Assembly (NCBI GenBank): GCA_943354005.1
Contig: CALRBE010000004.1
Location: 4,600-68,599 of the forward strand
Source of the DNA: an uncultured Candidatus Saccharimonas sp.
GTDB lineage: Bacteria > Patescibacteriota > Saccharimonadia > Saccharimonadales > AWTP1-31
DNA length: 64,000 nucleotides
Direction of reading: 5' to 3'
Shown here: positions 6,912-17,068 of the stretch, in pieces
Numbering within the stretch: the first letter of the stretch is position 1
Layout: every line of letters starts with the position of its first letter
The notes under the pieces: model-generated
What the model was told of the DNA's origin: nothing
What the model saw: only the letters and a program-made list of their open reading frames with translations
Database searches by the model: none
Position numbers and translations under genes: made by a program

Positions 6912-7541
6912 ATGTCTTCAGTAGGTATGCGGACACGAAGACCACTTATTATTGGTCTTACCGTGTCCGCTTTGATCCTTGCGCTAAGTACATATATAGC
7001 TTCAATCCAGAAGTTACCCTTATGGGAACAACAACTATTTACAAAAATATTCAATCTACCTAGTAGTTTATATAATATATCGACATTCATAACACTATTC
7101 GGTAGTGGCTGGATGGTTATTGGATTAGTGTTTACTCTTATAATAATTAAAAGACGCGAACTTGCTCTCCAAGTTTTTATTTTGAGTAGTATTACCTTTC
7201 TGATAGTACAATTCATGAAGGATACTATCGCTCGACCACGTCCAGTTGGACTCGTCGCTGACCTGACTCTCAAACAATATGAAGCTACTGGATTTGGATT
7301 TCCTTCCGGTCACTCTGCACTCAGTATGGTCTGCGCATTAGTAATATTGCCTTACGTGTCTCGCCCATGGAAACTAATTATAATAATTGGAGTAATCCTA
7401 GTCGGACTGTCTAGAATTTATCTTGGAGTACACGCACCTCTGGATGTTATCGGAGGCTGGAGCTTAGCTATTGTTATATGGTACATATCTAAACTATTTT
7501 TTTCAAAGAATATCCTTGCAAAAAATTCTCGAAAAACATAA
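6912..7541 (+). CDS. PAP2-family phosphatase (undecaprenyl-diphosphatase or lipid phosphatase type)
   Basis: All three PAP2 motifs are present: KDTIARPRP, PSGHS, SRIYLGVHAPLDV. The protein is polytopic. Confidence 0.8.
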   Translation: MSSVGMRTRRPLIIGLTVSALILALSTYIASIQKLPLWEQQLFTKIFNLPSSLYNISTFITLFGSGWMVIGLVFTLIIIKRRELALQVFILSSITFLIVQFMKDTIARPRPVGLVADLTLKQYEATGFGFPSGHSALSMVCALVILPYVSRPWKLIIIIGVILVGLSRIYLGVHAPLDVIGGWSLAIVIWYISKLFFSKNILAKNSRKT

Positions 7542-7570
7542 GCTTATTAAGGAAGTGTGAGGCTTCCCTT

Positions 7571-7606
7571 GAACCTCTGGCTGTGCCAGGGGTTCCTTAT
7601 ATTTTT
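7571..7606 (+). terminator. Rho-independent terminator after the PAP2 gene
   Basis: GAACCTCTGG (7571-7580) pairs with CCAGGGGTTC (7586-7595), giving 10 bp with one G-T wobble. The loop is CTGTG, followed by CTTATATTTTT. Confidence 0.65.
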
Positions 7607-7677
7607 CTAGGTTCTTTCGTGACAACTTAAGGGTAACTCAGGTATCATGAAGAAGTAATTTTAAGGATTTTCATTAT

Positions 7678-8433
7678 ATGGCTACATTAGCTCAAGTTAT
7701 TTTATTCGCATTTTTAGGGGGCGTAATATCCCTTGTAGGAGGATTACTGCTTCTTAGTAACAAAAAGTTAGCAAAAGCATTAGAAGCGTACGGTATGCCG
7801 TTCGCCGCAGGTGCACTGCTTGCTGCAGTATTTCTAGATCTACTTACAGATGGCATTGAAGAGGCTCCGGCTGGCACTGTACTCACAGCTACCATGGTTG
7901 GTATTTTTATCTTTTTCTTTGCTGAGAGGTTCTTACGTTGGTTTCATCATCACCATCAGCACGGTTCACCAGATCCATCGGTCTCATTGATTGTTGCTGG
8001 AGATACGATTCACAACGCCCTTGATGGTATCGCAATTGCAGCGGCATTCTTAGTAAGTGTCCCGACCGGAATAGTTACTACAATTGCAGTTGCTGCCCAT
8101 GAGATCCCTCAAGAAATAGGTGATTTTGGATTGCTTCTATCAAAGGGCGTAAAGCGATCTAAAGTTCTACTTATTAACGTCGTTAGTGCCCTTGCAACCG
8201 TTGTGACAGCAATTATAACCTTCCAGCTAGGAAGTAACACCGAGTTACCTTTAGGAGTTCTATTAGGTATAAGCGCAGGGTTCTTATTGTATATTGCACT
8301 CAGCGATATTATTCCTACAATTCATGAAAAATCTACTAATAAAAGATTATTTGAATTACAGCCGTTTCTTATGATTCTTGGCGCATGTCTCGTAGCCCTT
8401 GCAATTCAAATAGCTCATCATATTGCAGAATAA
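7678..8433 (+). CDS. ZIP-family divalent metal (Zn/Fe) transporter
   Basis: Polytopic protein with a His-rich loop (WFHHHHQHG) and the ZIP signature HEIPQEIGDFGLL. Confidence 0.85.
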   Translation: MATLAQVILFAFLGGVISLVGGLLLLSNKKLAKALEAYGMPFAAGALLAAVFLDLLTDGIEEAPAGTVLTATMVGIFIFFFAERFLRWFHHHHQHGSPDPSVSLIVAGDTIHNALDGIAIAAAFLVSVPTGIVTTIAVAAHEIPQEIGDFGLLLSKGVKRSKVLLINVVSALATVVTAIITFQLGSNTELPLGVLLGISAGFLLYIALSDIIPTIHEKSTNKRLFELQPFLMILGACLVALAIQIAHHIAE

Positions 8434-8479
8434 GAATAAGCGCGTTTATCTATAAACTCCTATAGGCTATACTAGTACT

Positions 8480-9700
8480 ATGGAAATAGTTTTGGTCATC
8501 TTCGGGATATTAAATTGCGCACTTATTGTCGTATTGCTTCTAAAAAAGAACAGTTCAGGCTTAGATACCGCGATGCGCGACGAGTTTATGCGTAATCGTA
8601 AAGAATTCCATGATGCTAATAAAGAGTTACGCCAAGAGCTTACTGTTGGATTAACTCAGACAAAAGAATCGCTCGATAAAAGACTTGAACAACTACGTGA
8701 TAAGAATGACGAAAAACTCGAGCTGATTCGAAAGACTGTTGAAACAAGACTAGTGAGCTTACAAAAAGATAATGCCGAAAAACTTGAGAAGATGCGCGAG
8801 ACTGTTGATGAGAAATTGCAAAGTACACTCGAAAAACGCTTATCACAAAGCTTCAAGGTCGTAAGTGAACGTCTTGAAATGGTGCATAAAGGACTTGGAG
8901 AGATGCAGAATCTAGCATCTGATGTCAGTGACTTTAAGCGTGTTCTTACAAACGTTAAGACGCGCGGTACATGGGGCGAAGTCCAGCTCGAAAATCTACT
9001 AGAGCAAGTGTTCATTAAGGACCATTATGACAAGCAAGTTAAGCTTAGCTCTACTAGTAACGACACTGTTGATTTTGCAATTAGACTACCGGATAAGAGT
9101 TCACCTAAAGGTTTCATCTATCTTCCAATAGATGCTAAATTCCCACTCGAGGATTATCAAAGGCTTGTTGCAGCTCAAGAGAAGGGCGACCAAGTGTTAA
9201 CTGTCGCAGCACAAAAGGCCATGGTGAATAGGGTTAAGGCAGAGGCAAAATCAATTAAAGCCAAGTACATACAACCACCAAAGACTACCGACTTTGCAGT
9301 ATTGTACGTTCCAACAGAAGGAATGTTTGCTGAAATACTAAGAGAACCAGGCTTGTTTGAAAAATTACAATCTGAATATAGAGTTACTATTGCAGGACCT
9401 ACAACAATCGCAGCCATACTAAGTAGCTACCAGCTTGGGTTTAGGACATTAGCTATCGCCGAACAGACTGGACAAGCTTGGGAACTCTTAACTGGTATCA
9501 AGGGTGAATTCACGAAGTTTGGAGATCTTCTTGATAAGACACGAGAAAAGCTAGTTCAAGCAACCAAGAACATCGATTCAGCATCATCTAAAAGTAGAAC
9601 AATTGAACGTAAGCTTGATAAGGTACAGCAACTTACCGATAAGGCTAGTTCTTCAGTAGACGACGTAGCAGTAAAACAACTTGATATTCTAGAGCCGTAA
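8480..9700 (+). CDS. rmuC: DNA recombination protein RmuC
   Basis: N-terminal TM, a long coiled coil, then the RmuC nuclease-like core (TRGTWGEVQLENLLEQ, DFAIRLPD, IDAKFPLEDY). Confidence 0.85.
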   Translation: MEIVLVIFGILNCALIVVLLLKKNSSGLDTAMRDEFMRNRKEFHDANKELRQELTVGLTQTKESLDKRLEQLRDKNDEKLELIRKTVETRLVSLQKDNAEKLEKMRETVDEKLQSTLEKRLSQSFKVVSERLEMVHKGLGEMQNLASDVSDFKRVLTNVKTRGTWGEVQLENLLEQVFIKDHYDKQVKLSSTSNDTVDFAIRLPDKSSPKGFIYLPIDAKFPLEDYQRLVAAQEKGDQVLTVAAQKAMVNRVKAEAKSIKAKYIQPPKTTDFAVLYVPTEGMFAEILREPGLFEKLQSEYRVTIAGPTTIAAILSSYQLGFRTLAIAEQTGQAWELLTGIKGEFTKFGDLLDKTREKLVQATKNIDSASSKSRTIERKLDKVQQLTDKASSSVDDVAVKQLDILEP

Positions 9701-9704
9701 CAAT

Positions 9705-10202
9705 TTATCTAAAGTTTTGAAATGAAACAGGGAAGTCAAATTCTTGTTCTTTGATGATCGCCATTGTGTCTTGCAGATCATTCTTGCTCTGACTCATAAC
9801 GCGTATTTCATCGCCTTGAATCTGAGTCTTTACTTTAGGAAGCATTTCTCGTATTTTTGCAGTAATTTTCTTGGCCTTTTCTTGATCAAGACCTTTTTTA
9901 AACGGTATGTCCCAGGTAGTCTTCAAGTTTGATGTCAATGGTGTTGCACTAAGATCAAGTAGTTTTTGACTCTGACCGCGTGTTGCTAGTTTCTTTCGAA
10001 CAATATCCACGATTGCATCGAGTTGATATTGGCTATCGCCAGTAACTTTGAATCCTGTTTTCGCTTCTCCACTCCAATCGATTGCAGCTGAAGTACCCTT
10101 AAAATCATATCTAGAATCTAGCTCACGTTTTGTCTGTTCATATACATTAATAATTTCCGACTTATCGTAGTCGCTTACAATATCAAATGAAAATGTCGGC
10201 AT
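9705..10202 (-). CDS. yajQ: YajQ-family (UPF0234) nucleotide-binding protein
   Basis: 165 aa. MPTFSFDIVSDYDKSEIINVYEQTKRELDSRYDFKG is the characteristic YajQ N-terminus. AAGGAG lies 7 nt upstream of the ATG. Confidence 0.85.
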   Translation of the reverse strand: MPTFSFDIVSDYDKSEIINVYEQTKRELDSRYDFKGTSAAIDWSGEAKTGFKVTGDSQYQLDAIVDIVRKKLATRGQSQKLLDLSATPLTSNLKTTWDIPFKKGLDQEKAKKITAKIREMLPKVKTQIQGDEIRVMSQSKNDLQDTMAIIKEQEFDFPVSFQNFR

Positions 10203-10324
10203 CGTTAATCTCCTTATTACAAATTCTTAATTACGGTACCTGTAGTATACCAGCAATGGCCTGCATTATTTGCGCCTCTTTGTGTGTGGTTACCAAAGCC
10301 CAAGACTGCTATAATAAACCTAAT

Positions 10325-11356
10325 ATGTCTACCTCTACTATTTCAATTGAACAGGCTAAAGATGCGCTCAAAGCTGAGTTCGAAACGCTTGAAATAAAAA
10401 AACAAATCCTAAGAAGTAAAACTCTAGAATCTCTGATGGCTAATTTAAAGATCCTACCTAACGAAGAAAAGGCTGAATATGGAAGAGATATTAATGCTCT
10501 AAAGGGCGAGATTGTATCTTGGGTTAACGACGCAGAGTCTGAGGATCAGGAACTTGGACCAATTGATGTTACTGCACCATTTGATATAAATACACCTGAG
10601 AATAAAAGACCCGCTTTACTATCGACAAAACTTGGCAGTAAACACCCTATTATGATTGAACTAGAATATATCGTCGATATCTTTAGCCGTATGGGATTTG
10701 AAGCAGTCGAATCACGACAAATCGATGACGACTATCATATGTTCGAGTCACTTAATTTCCCCGAAGGCCATCCAGCCCGAGATGACTATGACACATTTAT
10801 GACAACCGAAGGACTCATAGCTCCGGCACATACCAGTACTATGCAGAACCGTGTACTACGGCAATATAAAGATAATCTAACAAATGGTTTACCAATCGCT
10901 GTCGTTATTCCCGATCGTGTCTTTCGTAACGAAGATGTTGATGTTACCCACGAACATACCTTTCACCAGTTTGAAGGAGTTTATATCGATAAAGATGTGA
11001 ACGTCGGTAACCTCATAGCAACTCTCAAGGCATTCATGAGTGAGTACTTTGGACAAGAGATTAAAGCTAAATTACAGCCATTCTATTTTCCATTCACTGA
11101 GCCAAGTTTTGAATTTGCTATAGAAAGACCAGAATCACTAAGAAAAGGCGATACAGAAGCAGATATGTGGCTTGAGCTTCTTGGTTGCGGAATGATTCAC
11201 CCTAATGTTCTTAAAGCTGCAGACATAGACCCCACTGTTTATACAGGATTTGCATGGGGTTGTGGTATCGAACGGCTTGTTATGATGAAGAATAGTATTG
11301 AAGACATCAGGCATTTCCAGTCTGGTAAATTAGACTTCTTGAGGCAATTTTCATGA
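10325..11356 (+). CDS. pheS: Phenylalanine--tRNA ligase alpha subunit
   Basis: Class II aaRS motifs are present (HPARD, FRNE, GFAWGCGIERL). The ORF-track start at 10187 overlaps yajQ. ATG 10325 gives a typical length of about 343 aa and is preceded by TGcTATAAT. Confidence 0.95.
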   Translation: MSTSTISIEQAKDALKAEFETLEIKKQILRSKTLESLMANLKILPNEEKAEYGRDINALKGEIVSWVNDAESEDQELGPIDVTAPFDINTPENKRPALLSTKLGSKHPIMIELEYIVDIFSRMGFEAVESRQIDDDYHMFESLNFPEGHPARDDYDTFMTTEGLIAPAHTSTMQNRVLRQYKDNLTNGLPIAVVIPDRVFRNEDVDVTHEHTFHQFEGVYIDKDVNVGNLIATLKAFMSEYFGQEIKAKLQPFYFPFTEPSFEFAIERPESLRKGDTEADMWLELLGCGMIHPNVLKAADIDPTVYTGFAWGCGIERLVMMKNSIEDIRHFQSGKLDFLRQFS

Positions 11357-13866
11357 AATTTAGTATAAATTGGGCACAACATTACAGTAATATTGACCTT
11401 AAAACTTGGTCTAGTGACGACGTAGTTAGCATGATAGGATCTCAGCTAGGAGCTGTCGAAGAGGTTATTAAGTGGGGACCTCGTTATGACGGTATCGTCG
11501 TCTCACGCATAGTTTCATTCAAAAAACATAGTAATGCAGATACTCTTAGCGTCTGCCTTATCGACGATGGTGGCGTCACTAAGGATGTTAAACGGAACGA
11601 AGATGGTTTCGTGCAGGTAGTATGTGGCGCTTCTAACGTCGCAGAAGATCTTGTTGTCGCGTGGATTCCTCCTGGCGCTACTGTTCCTAGTAGTGTTGAT
11701 ACTGATCCATATGTTCTTGAAGCTCGTGAAATTCGAGGTGAAGTTAGCAATGGCATGTTGGCAAGCCCTAAGGAACTTAACATAAGCGAAGAACATGAAG
11801 GCATTTTAGAGATTAATCCGGATGCTGTAGGTAAAGAAAATACTAAACCAGGGACTTCTTTCAAGAAACTATATGGCCTAGATGATCTTGTTATTGATTG
11901 TGAAAATAAGATGTTTACGCATCGGCCGGACTGTTTTGGCATACTTGGCATTACTCGAGAACTAGCCGGAATAAATGGACAACAATTCGAAAGCCCAGAT
12001 TGGTATAATAGCCCCGTTGACTTGCCCGTAGTGTCAGATCTAGAAATTACCTCTAAGAACGAAATTATGGACGCAGTACCACGTTTCATGGTGCAGGTGA
12101 TTCAAGACGTTACTGTGCAAGCTAGTAGTGTCGGAGTACAAGCTGCACTTACTCGAGTTGGTAGTCGCCCAGTTAATAATATTGTTGATCTATCTAACTT
12201 TTACATGCACCTGACTGCACAACCTACTCACGCTTTTGATTACGATAAGGTTAAAACATTATGCTCCGGAGAAGTTACCATCTTTCCTCGCATGGCACAA
12301 AAAGGTGAAACACTAGAACTATTAAATGGTCTGACAATTAATTTATCTGAAAAAGATATTGTAATTGCAACCGATAAGCAGCCTATAGCACTTGCTGGCA
12401 TCATGGGTGGTTCACAAACTGAAGTTGACGATACTACTAAAAGCATTATTCTAGAATGTGCAACTTTCGACATGTATACAATTAGGCGAAGTAGCATGCG
12501 TCACGGTCTATTTACTGATGCTGTTACACGGTTCAATAAAGGCCAGTCACCTAGGCAAAACCCAGCTATTCTTGCACGTTTAGTTCAAAACATTACTGAA
12601 TTCGCCGGAGGATCAGTAGGCGATAGCTATGACTCATATGAAGGTAAAGATTTACTATACTGGGATCCAGTCATGTGCGACATTGATTTTATTAACAGTA
12701 GACTAGGAAGTGAATTAACTGCCGAACAGGTCAAAGGATTACTCGTAAATGTTGAGTTTAAGGTTGATTTTGACCAAGGTCAGTTGAAGATATCTGCACC
12801 ATTTTGGAGGAGAGACATTGAACTTCCTGAAGATATTGTTGAAGAAGTAGGTCGCCTATATGGATTCGATAAACTACCTGTTGCTTTGCCTACGAGAGTT
12901 GCTTCACCAACCAGCGTTAATCCACTTATGAAATTTAAAAGCTCGATCCGTACAATGTTATCTCAAGCTGGAGCGACTGAAGTCTTGAGCTACAGCTTCG
13001 TTTCAGGCACTCTTTTGTCTAGTTCAGGTCAAGATCCTAACGATGCCTATAAGCTTAGTAATGCACTTAGTCCTGCACTTGAGTACTATCGCATTTCATT
13101 AACTCCAAGTTTATTAAGTAAAGTACATCAGAACATTAGAGCCGGTCATGATAAATTCGCAATATTTGAAATAGGTAAAACACATATACGTAGTAACGGA
13201 GTAACAGGCGAAAATGTGCCAAACGAATTAGATATGCTTTCACTAGTCTATGTCATGTCAGATAAACTTACCGACAAGTCCACTGGCGCTACTTATTATG
13301 AGGCGAAACATTACCTTGATTATATCTCAAGTAAATTCAACATCTCTTTAACCTATGTTCCAGTATCTAGCGCCGAGGGTCATCAAATTCACGGACCATT
13401 TAATCAGAATCGTTCATCTTTGATTATTGATGCTAAAAGTGGAGATGCAATTGGCGTAATTGGAGAGTATACATTTACGACACGTAAAAAACTTAAACTT
13501 CCAGAGCATGTTGCAGGATTTGAAATTAATATTGCAGCACTACTTAAAATTGCTGGCCCAGAGACTTCATATGTGGCGAAATCACGTTACCCTCACATTA
13601 AACAAGACATGACTATAAGTACTAATGGATCTTCTAACTATAGTGAAGTAGTTAAGAACGTTCTTCAGGCCATGAACGAACTTGGTGACTCCGCAGGTTA
13701 CATTTTCGATATTCAGCCATTAGATATTTACCAGAAAGAACCTGAATCTCCAAAACAGATTACTTTGCGCGCAGATATTTCTCATCCAGAGAGAACTTTA
13801 ACGACTCAAGAAGTCGGTGAATTTATAGCCAGTGTTATTAACGAAGTTGATAAAAAAGAAGTTTAA
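11353..13866 (+). CDS. pheT: Phenylalanine--tRNA ligase beta subunit
   Basis: 837 aa with a 4-nt overlap with pheS. It contains the tRNA-binding domain (VVSRIVSFKKHSNADTLSVCLIDDG), B3/4, B5 and the anticodon-binding C-terminus. Confidence 0.95.
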   Translation: MKFSINWAQHYSNIDLKTWSSDDVVSMIGSQLGAVEEVIKWGPRYDGIVVSRIVSFKKHSNADTLSVCLIDDGGVTKDVKRNEDGFVQVVCGASNVAEDLVVAWIPPGATVPSSVDTDPYVLEAREIRGEVSNGMLASPKELNISEEHEGILEINPDAVGKENTKPGTSFKKLYGLDDLVIDCENKMFTHRPDCFGILGITRELAGINGQQFESPDWYNSPVDLPVVSDLEITSKNEIMDAVPRFMVQVIQDVTVQASSVGVQAALTRVGSRPVNNIVDLSNFYMHLTAQPTHAFDYDKVKTLCSGEVTIFPRMAQKGETLELLNGLTINLSEKDIVIATDKQPIALAGIMGGSQTEVDDTTKSIILECATFDMYTIRRSSMRHGLFTDAVTRFNKGQSPRQNPAILARLVQNITEFAGGSVGDSYDSYEGKDLLYWDPVMCDIDFINSRLGSELTAEQVKGLLVNVEFKVDFDQGQLKISAPFWRRDIELPEDIVEEVGRLYGFDKLPVALPTRVASPTSVNPLMKFKSSIRTMLSQAGATEVLSYSFVSGTLLSSSGQDPNDAYKLSNALSPALEYYRISLTPSLLSKVHQNIRAGHDKFAIFEIGKTHIRSNGVTGENVPNELDMLSLVYVMSDKLTDKSTGATYYEAKHYLDYISSKFNISLTYVPVSSAEGHQIHGPFNQNRSSLIIDAKSGDAIGVIGEYTFTTRKKLKLPEHVAGFEINIAALLKIAGPETSYVAKSRYPHIKQDMTISTNGSSNYSEVVKNVLQAMNELGDSAGYIFDIQPLDIYQKEPESPKQITLRADISHPERTLTTQEVGEFIASVINEVDKKEV

Positions 13867-13875
13867 CTTTTAGCT

Positions 13876-15654
13876 ATGAAATATATTTTCCGAATTATTA
13901 GATTTACTAAAGAGCTTAAAGCTTACTACATTACGATTAGTATACTTTCGATTTTGATTGCAGCAGCCGGCCTTATGTACCCGCTTTTAAGTGGATGGGC
14001 TATCGATGAGATTAGATTCGGTACTGATGCTAACGTAGGAAAGCTAATCTTCATAGTAGTACTTATTTTTGCAAGTGATCTTGCGTCTAACCTTCTGTCT
14101 AACATTAATGGGCATATTGGTGACCGTATGGCGGCTAAGTTATCCAAATCTCTTGGCTCAAAGTATTATCAGCATCTTCTCAGTTTGCCTCAAAGCTACT
14201 TTGATTCTGATATGACAGGTAAGATAATAAATCGACTTAACCGCTCAATAGTACAGATAGTTAACTTTATGCAGATATGGAGCAATAACTTTCTCCAATT
14301 TATATTCAGTACTGTTCTAGCACTTGCCATAGTCGCATATTACAGCTGGCAGGTAGCATTACTACTGTTTGCCTTATACCCAATATTTGTTTTAATGACC
14401 GTTAAGGCTAGCTCCACGTGGCAAGGCTATCAGAAGAAGATAAATAACAATGCAGATATTGCAAGTGGGCGCTTCGCGGAGTCTATCTCCCAGGTTAAAG
14501 TTGTTAAAAGCTATATTCAAGAAAAACGTGAGCTCAGTTTCTTCAACAAGCATTCACAAAATATTATTAATTATACTAAGCCCCAGTCGCGGTACTGGCA
14601 TATAAAAGATTTCCAGCGACAATTTGTGCTTAATATTATATTTTTCTTAGTATACATATTTATTTTTGTTCAAGCTGCTAATGGCCAGATCACGCCTGGT
14701 ATAGCAGTCGCACTTATCCTTTATTCATATCAAATTCGTATTCCAATTTTTACTATTAGCTTTCTAGTAGAGAATACACAGAAAGCAATTTCTGACAGTA
14801 AGGACTACTTTGAAATACTCGAGATCAAAGCAGACATAGTAGATAAAGCAGACGCCAAAAAGCTTATAATCTCAGAAGGTGCGATTACCTTTAAAAATGT
14901 AACATTCGGTTATGGAGACACGGAAGTTCTTAAAGGCGTAAATATTACTATTGCTCCAGATACAAAAGTTGCTCTTGTCGGGGAAAGCGGTGAAGGTAAA
15001 ACAACCCTTACTAATCTACTACTACGTCTTTATGAACCAAATAGCGGGACAATTAGCATAGACGATCAAAACATTCAGGAAGTAACGCAGCAAAGCCTTA
15101 GAGAAAATATTGGTATAGTTTTTCAAGACCCTGCGCTTTTCAGTGGAACTATTAAAGAGAATATTTCCTACGGTAATCCTGGGGCATCTCTTGGCGAAAT
15201 ACGAGCAGCAGCAAAAGCAGCAAATGCAGATGAATTTATCGGGAAGCTAGAAAAAGGCTACGATGCTGAGATAGGCGAAAAAGGTTTGAGATTAAGCGGT
15301 GGCCAGAAGCAGCGCATAGCTATAGCCCGCGCTTTACTTAAAAATGCTCCAATACTTATTCTAGACGAAGCAACTAGCAGCTTGGACAGCAAGAGTGAAT
15401 CAATGGTCCAAGAGGCATTGGAACGTCTCATGAAAGGCAGAACTACTTTAATCATTGCTCACCGACTAAGTACTATCCAAAGTGTAGATACTATTATCAC
15501 GTTACAGAAAGGTTCTGTCAGTGAGGTTGGTAGTCCTGAAGAACTTTCTCATTCAGGTGGTATATACGACCAGCTATTGCAAATACAGAGTGGCACTAAA
15601 GAAGATGTTAAGAATAAACTAAAGGAATACGACGTCTATGAAACAAGCAGTTAG
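13876..15654 (+). CDS. ABC transporter, fused permease/ATPase (MsbA or multidrug exporter type)
   Basis: Six-TM N-terminal domain. Walker A GESGEGKTT, signature LSGGQKQR, Walker B ILILDEATS. Confidence 0.9.
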   Translation: MKYIFRIIRFTKELKAYYITISILSILIAAAGLMYPLLSGWAIDEIRFGTDANVGKLIFIVVLIFASDLASNLLSNINGHIGDRMAAKLSKSLGSKYYQHLLSLPQSYFDSDMTGKIINRLNRSIVQIVNFMQIWSNNFLQFIFSTVLALAIVAYYSWQVALLLFALYPIFVLMTVKASSTWQGYQKKINNNADIASGRFAESISQVKVVKSYIQEKRELSFFNKHSQNIINYTKPQSRYWHIKDFQRQFVLNIIFFLVYIFIFVQAANGQITPGIAVALILYSYQIRIPIFTISFLVENTQKAISDSKDYFEILEIKADIVDKADAKKLIISEGAITFKNVTFGYGDTEVLKGVNITIAPDTKVALVGESGEGKTTLTNLLLRLYEPNSGTISIDDQNIQEVTQQSLRENIGIVFQDPALFSGTIKENISYGNPGASLGEIRAAAKAANADEFIGKLEKGYDAEIGEKGLRLSGGQKQRIAIARALLKNAPILILDEATSSLDSKSESMVQEALERLMKGRTTLIIAHRLSTIQSVDTIITLQKGSVSEVGSPEELSHSGGIYDQLLQIQSGTKEDVKNKLKEYDVYETSS

Positions 15655-16084
15655 AGCTATCATTATTCACAATAATAACCTTCTAGTCATGAAGCGTAAT
15701 AAGTTTGGTAAGGAATACTATACCTTGATTGGTGGCCATGTTGAGATGGGTGAGAGCCATGAAGTAGCGTTATTACGTGAGATACATGAAGAAACTATGG
15801 TGCATGTTGCACATCCGCGTTTAGTATTCGAAGAACATGCCGGCCATGTATATGGAACTCAGTATGTGTTTGTTTGTACTTATGTTTCTGGTGTCCCAAT
15901 ACTGCACCCTCATGCCGATGAAGTCCATATTAATAAGCTTGGTCAGAATACTTATACGCCAATGTGGCTACCATTAGATAAGCTAGAAGAAGTCCCTTTT
16001 TTATCTGAAAAATTAAAACACAAGATTATTGCATCACTTAAAGACGGCTTTCCTAAAGAAGTTGACACATTTACCACTCAATAA
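15638..16084 (+). CDS. NUDIX hydrolase
   Basis: Nudix box GGHVEMGESHEVALLREIHEET. It overlaps the ABC gene by 17 nt. Confidence 0.8.
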   Translation: MKQAVRAIIIHNNNLLVMKRNKFGKEYYTLIGGHVEMGESHEVALLREIHEETMVHVAHPRLVFEEHAGHVYGTQYVFVCTYVSGVPILHPHADEVHINKLGQNTYTPMWLPLDKLEEVPFLSEKLKHKIIASLKDGFPKEVDTFTTQ

Positions 16085-16127
16085 TTAAAAAATACATCTA
16101 TTTTTCCATAAAACAATCCATCTCTTT

Positions 16128-16136
16128 TGCTATAAT
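16128..16136 (+). promoter_or_regulatory. Extended -10 element upstream of the FKBP gene
   Basis: TGcTATAAT at 16128-16136, about 27 nt upstream of ATG 16164. AAAAGGGG SD lies in between. Confidence 0.4.
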
Positions 16137-16163
16137 TAGATGGTAACTAAAAAAGGGGTACAC

Positions 16164-16700
16164 ATGGCAAAACTAGGCCAACGGATTGCAGCTTTGACGT
16201 TATCAGTCTTTTTCTTGTTCTCAGCAATAGGATTTAGCGGACTGGTCATATGGCAGTCGCTTCAGCAAAACAAACGGGATAAAGAACTTGCTAAAAGCGC
16301 AACAGTAGATAATACAATAAAGGAGAACACATTGGATAATCAAAAACTAGAAAACTTTACACCTGTTGCTCAGGTAGAAACATTACAAAAAATTGATACA
16401 GTCGTAGGCACAGGGGCTGAAGTAAAACCAGGAGATACAGTAACTGCGCATTATACAGGTGCACTAGCTAAGAACGGGATAGTATTTGATTCTTCAGTAT
16501 CTAGGGGTGAACCTGCAACCTTCCCACTTAGTAACGTTATTAAGGGATGGCAAGAAGGCGTTCCAGGCATGAAAGTTGGCGGAAAGCGTCGTTTACTAAT
16601 ACCTGCATCTCTTGGATATGGCGAACAGGGCAGCCCACCAAAGATCGGTCCAAACGAACCTCTCGTATTCGATATTGAATTAGTCAAAATTGGACAATAA
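16164..16700 (+). CDS. FKBP-type peptidyl-prolyl cis-trans isomerase, membrane-anchored or secreted
   Basis: N-terminal hydrophobic segment. FKBP domain motifs: VTAHYTGALAKNGIVFDSS, VIKGWQEGVPGMKVGGKRRLLIPASLGYG, LVFDIELV. ATG 16164 is preferred because of the SD upstream. Confidence 0.85.
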   Translation: MAKLGQRIAALTLSVFFLFSAIGFSGLVIWQSLQQNKRDKELAKSATVDNTIKENTLDNQKLENFTPVAQVETLQKIDTVVGTGAEVKPGDTVTAHYTGALAKNGIVFDSSVSRGEPATFPLSNVIKGWQEGVPGMKVGGKRRLLIPASLGYGEQGSPPKIGPNEPLVFDIELVKIGQ

Positions 16701-16717
16701 ACACAATATATAGTGTA

Positions 16718-16745
16718 TTGACTTGATACATAAGCACTATATAAT
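16718..16745 (+). promoter_or_regulatory. Near-consensus sigma-70 promoter of the glutaredoxin-like/trxB operon
   Basis: TTGACT (16718-16723), 16-nt spacer, TATAAT (16740-16745). AGAGGA SD precedes ATG 16789. Confidence 0.55.
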
Positions 16746-16788
16746 GCTTTATACATAGCTATTAATACTAAAAAGAGGAACAGTAAAA

Positions 16789-17037
16789 ATGGTAAAAGAT
16801 ATTACAATCTATACGACAAACACATGCGCCTACTGCGTTATGGTTAAGAAATGGCTAGGAACAAAAGGACATACATATAAAGAAGTAAATTTGGATGATC
16901 ATCCAGAACGTCAAAAAGAAGCCTTTGAAGCAAGCGGTCAGCTAGCCGTGCCAGTAACAATCGTTACAAAGAAGGATGATTCTAAGGAAGTTATCGTTGG
17001 CTATAATCTTGCAAAACTTGCGCCAGCTGTAGCCTAG
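16789..17037 (+). CDS. Glutaredoxin-like protein (NrdH/Grx family)
   Basis: 82 aa, thioredoxin fold with a CAYC redox motif near the N-terminus (IYTTNTCAYCVMVKKWL). Confidence 0.75.
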   Translation: MVKDITIYTTNTCAYCVMVKKWLGTKGHTYKEVNLDDHPERQKEAFEASGQLAVPVTIVTKKDDSKEVIVGYNLAKLAPAVA

Positions 17038-17068
17038 GACCGCACATAAAAGTAATAAGAGGGTATTT

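Noticed and set aside
6794-7273. 159-aa minus-strand ORF spanning the junction of the beta-helix protein and PAP2 genes
   Set aside because: It overlaps two well-supported + strand genes, one with clear PAP2 motifs. It has no motifs of its own.
7607-7677. Possible Zur/metal-regulator operator or riboswitch upstream of the ZIP transporter
   Set aside because: I found only a plausible promoter (GTGACA ... TATCAT) and an SD-like AAGGA. There is no AT-rich palindrome resembling a Zur/Fur box and no extended conserved RNA structure.
10187-10324. Long N-terminal extension of pheS in the ORF track (start at 10187)
   Set aside because: It overlaps the yajQ start on the other strand and adds a Cys-rich, non-homologous leader. 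ATG 10325 gives a normal-length PheS and has a TGcTATAAT box upstream.
10203-10324. Possible T-box leader upstream of pheS (and likewise upstream of tyrS, 58795-58934)
   Set aside because: The spacers are only about 120-140 nt. They contain a promoter-like box right next to the start codon, and I could find no T-box sequence, specifier-loop architecture, or terminator/antiterminator pair.
11484-12089. 201-aa minus-strand ORF inside pheT, and similar antisense ORFs inside dnaE, clpC, the PBP gene, gatA and others
   Set aside because: They lie fully within well-supported conserved genes on the opposite strand. Their translations are low-complexity and lack recognisable motifs or ribosome-binding or promoter context.
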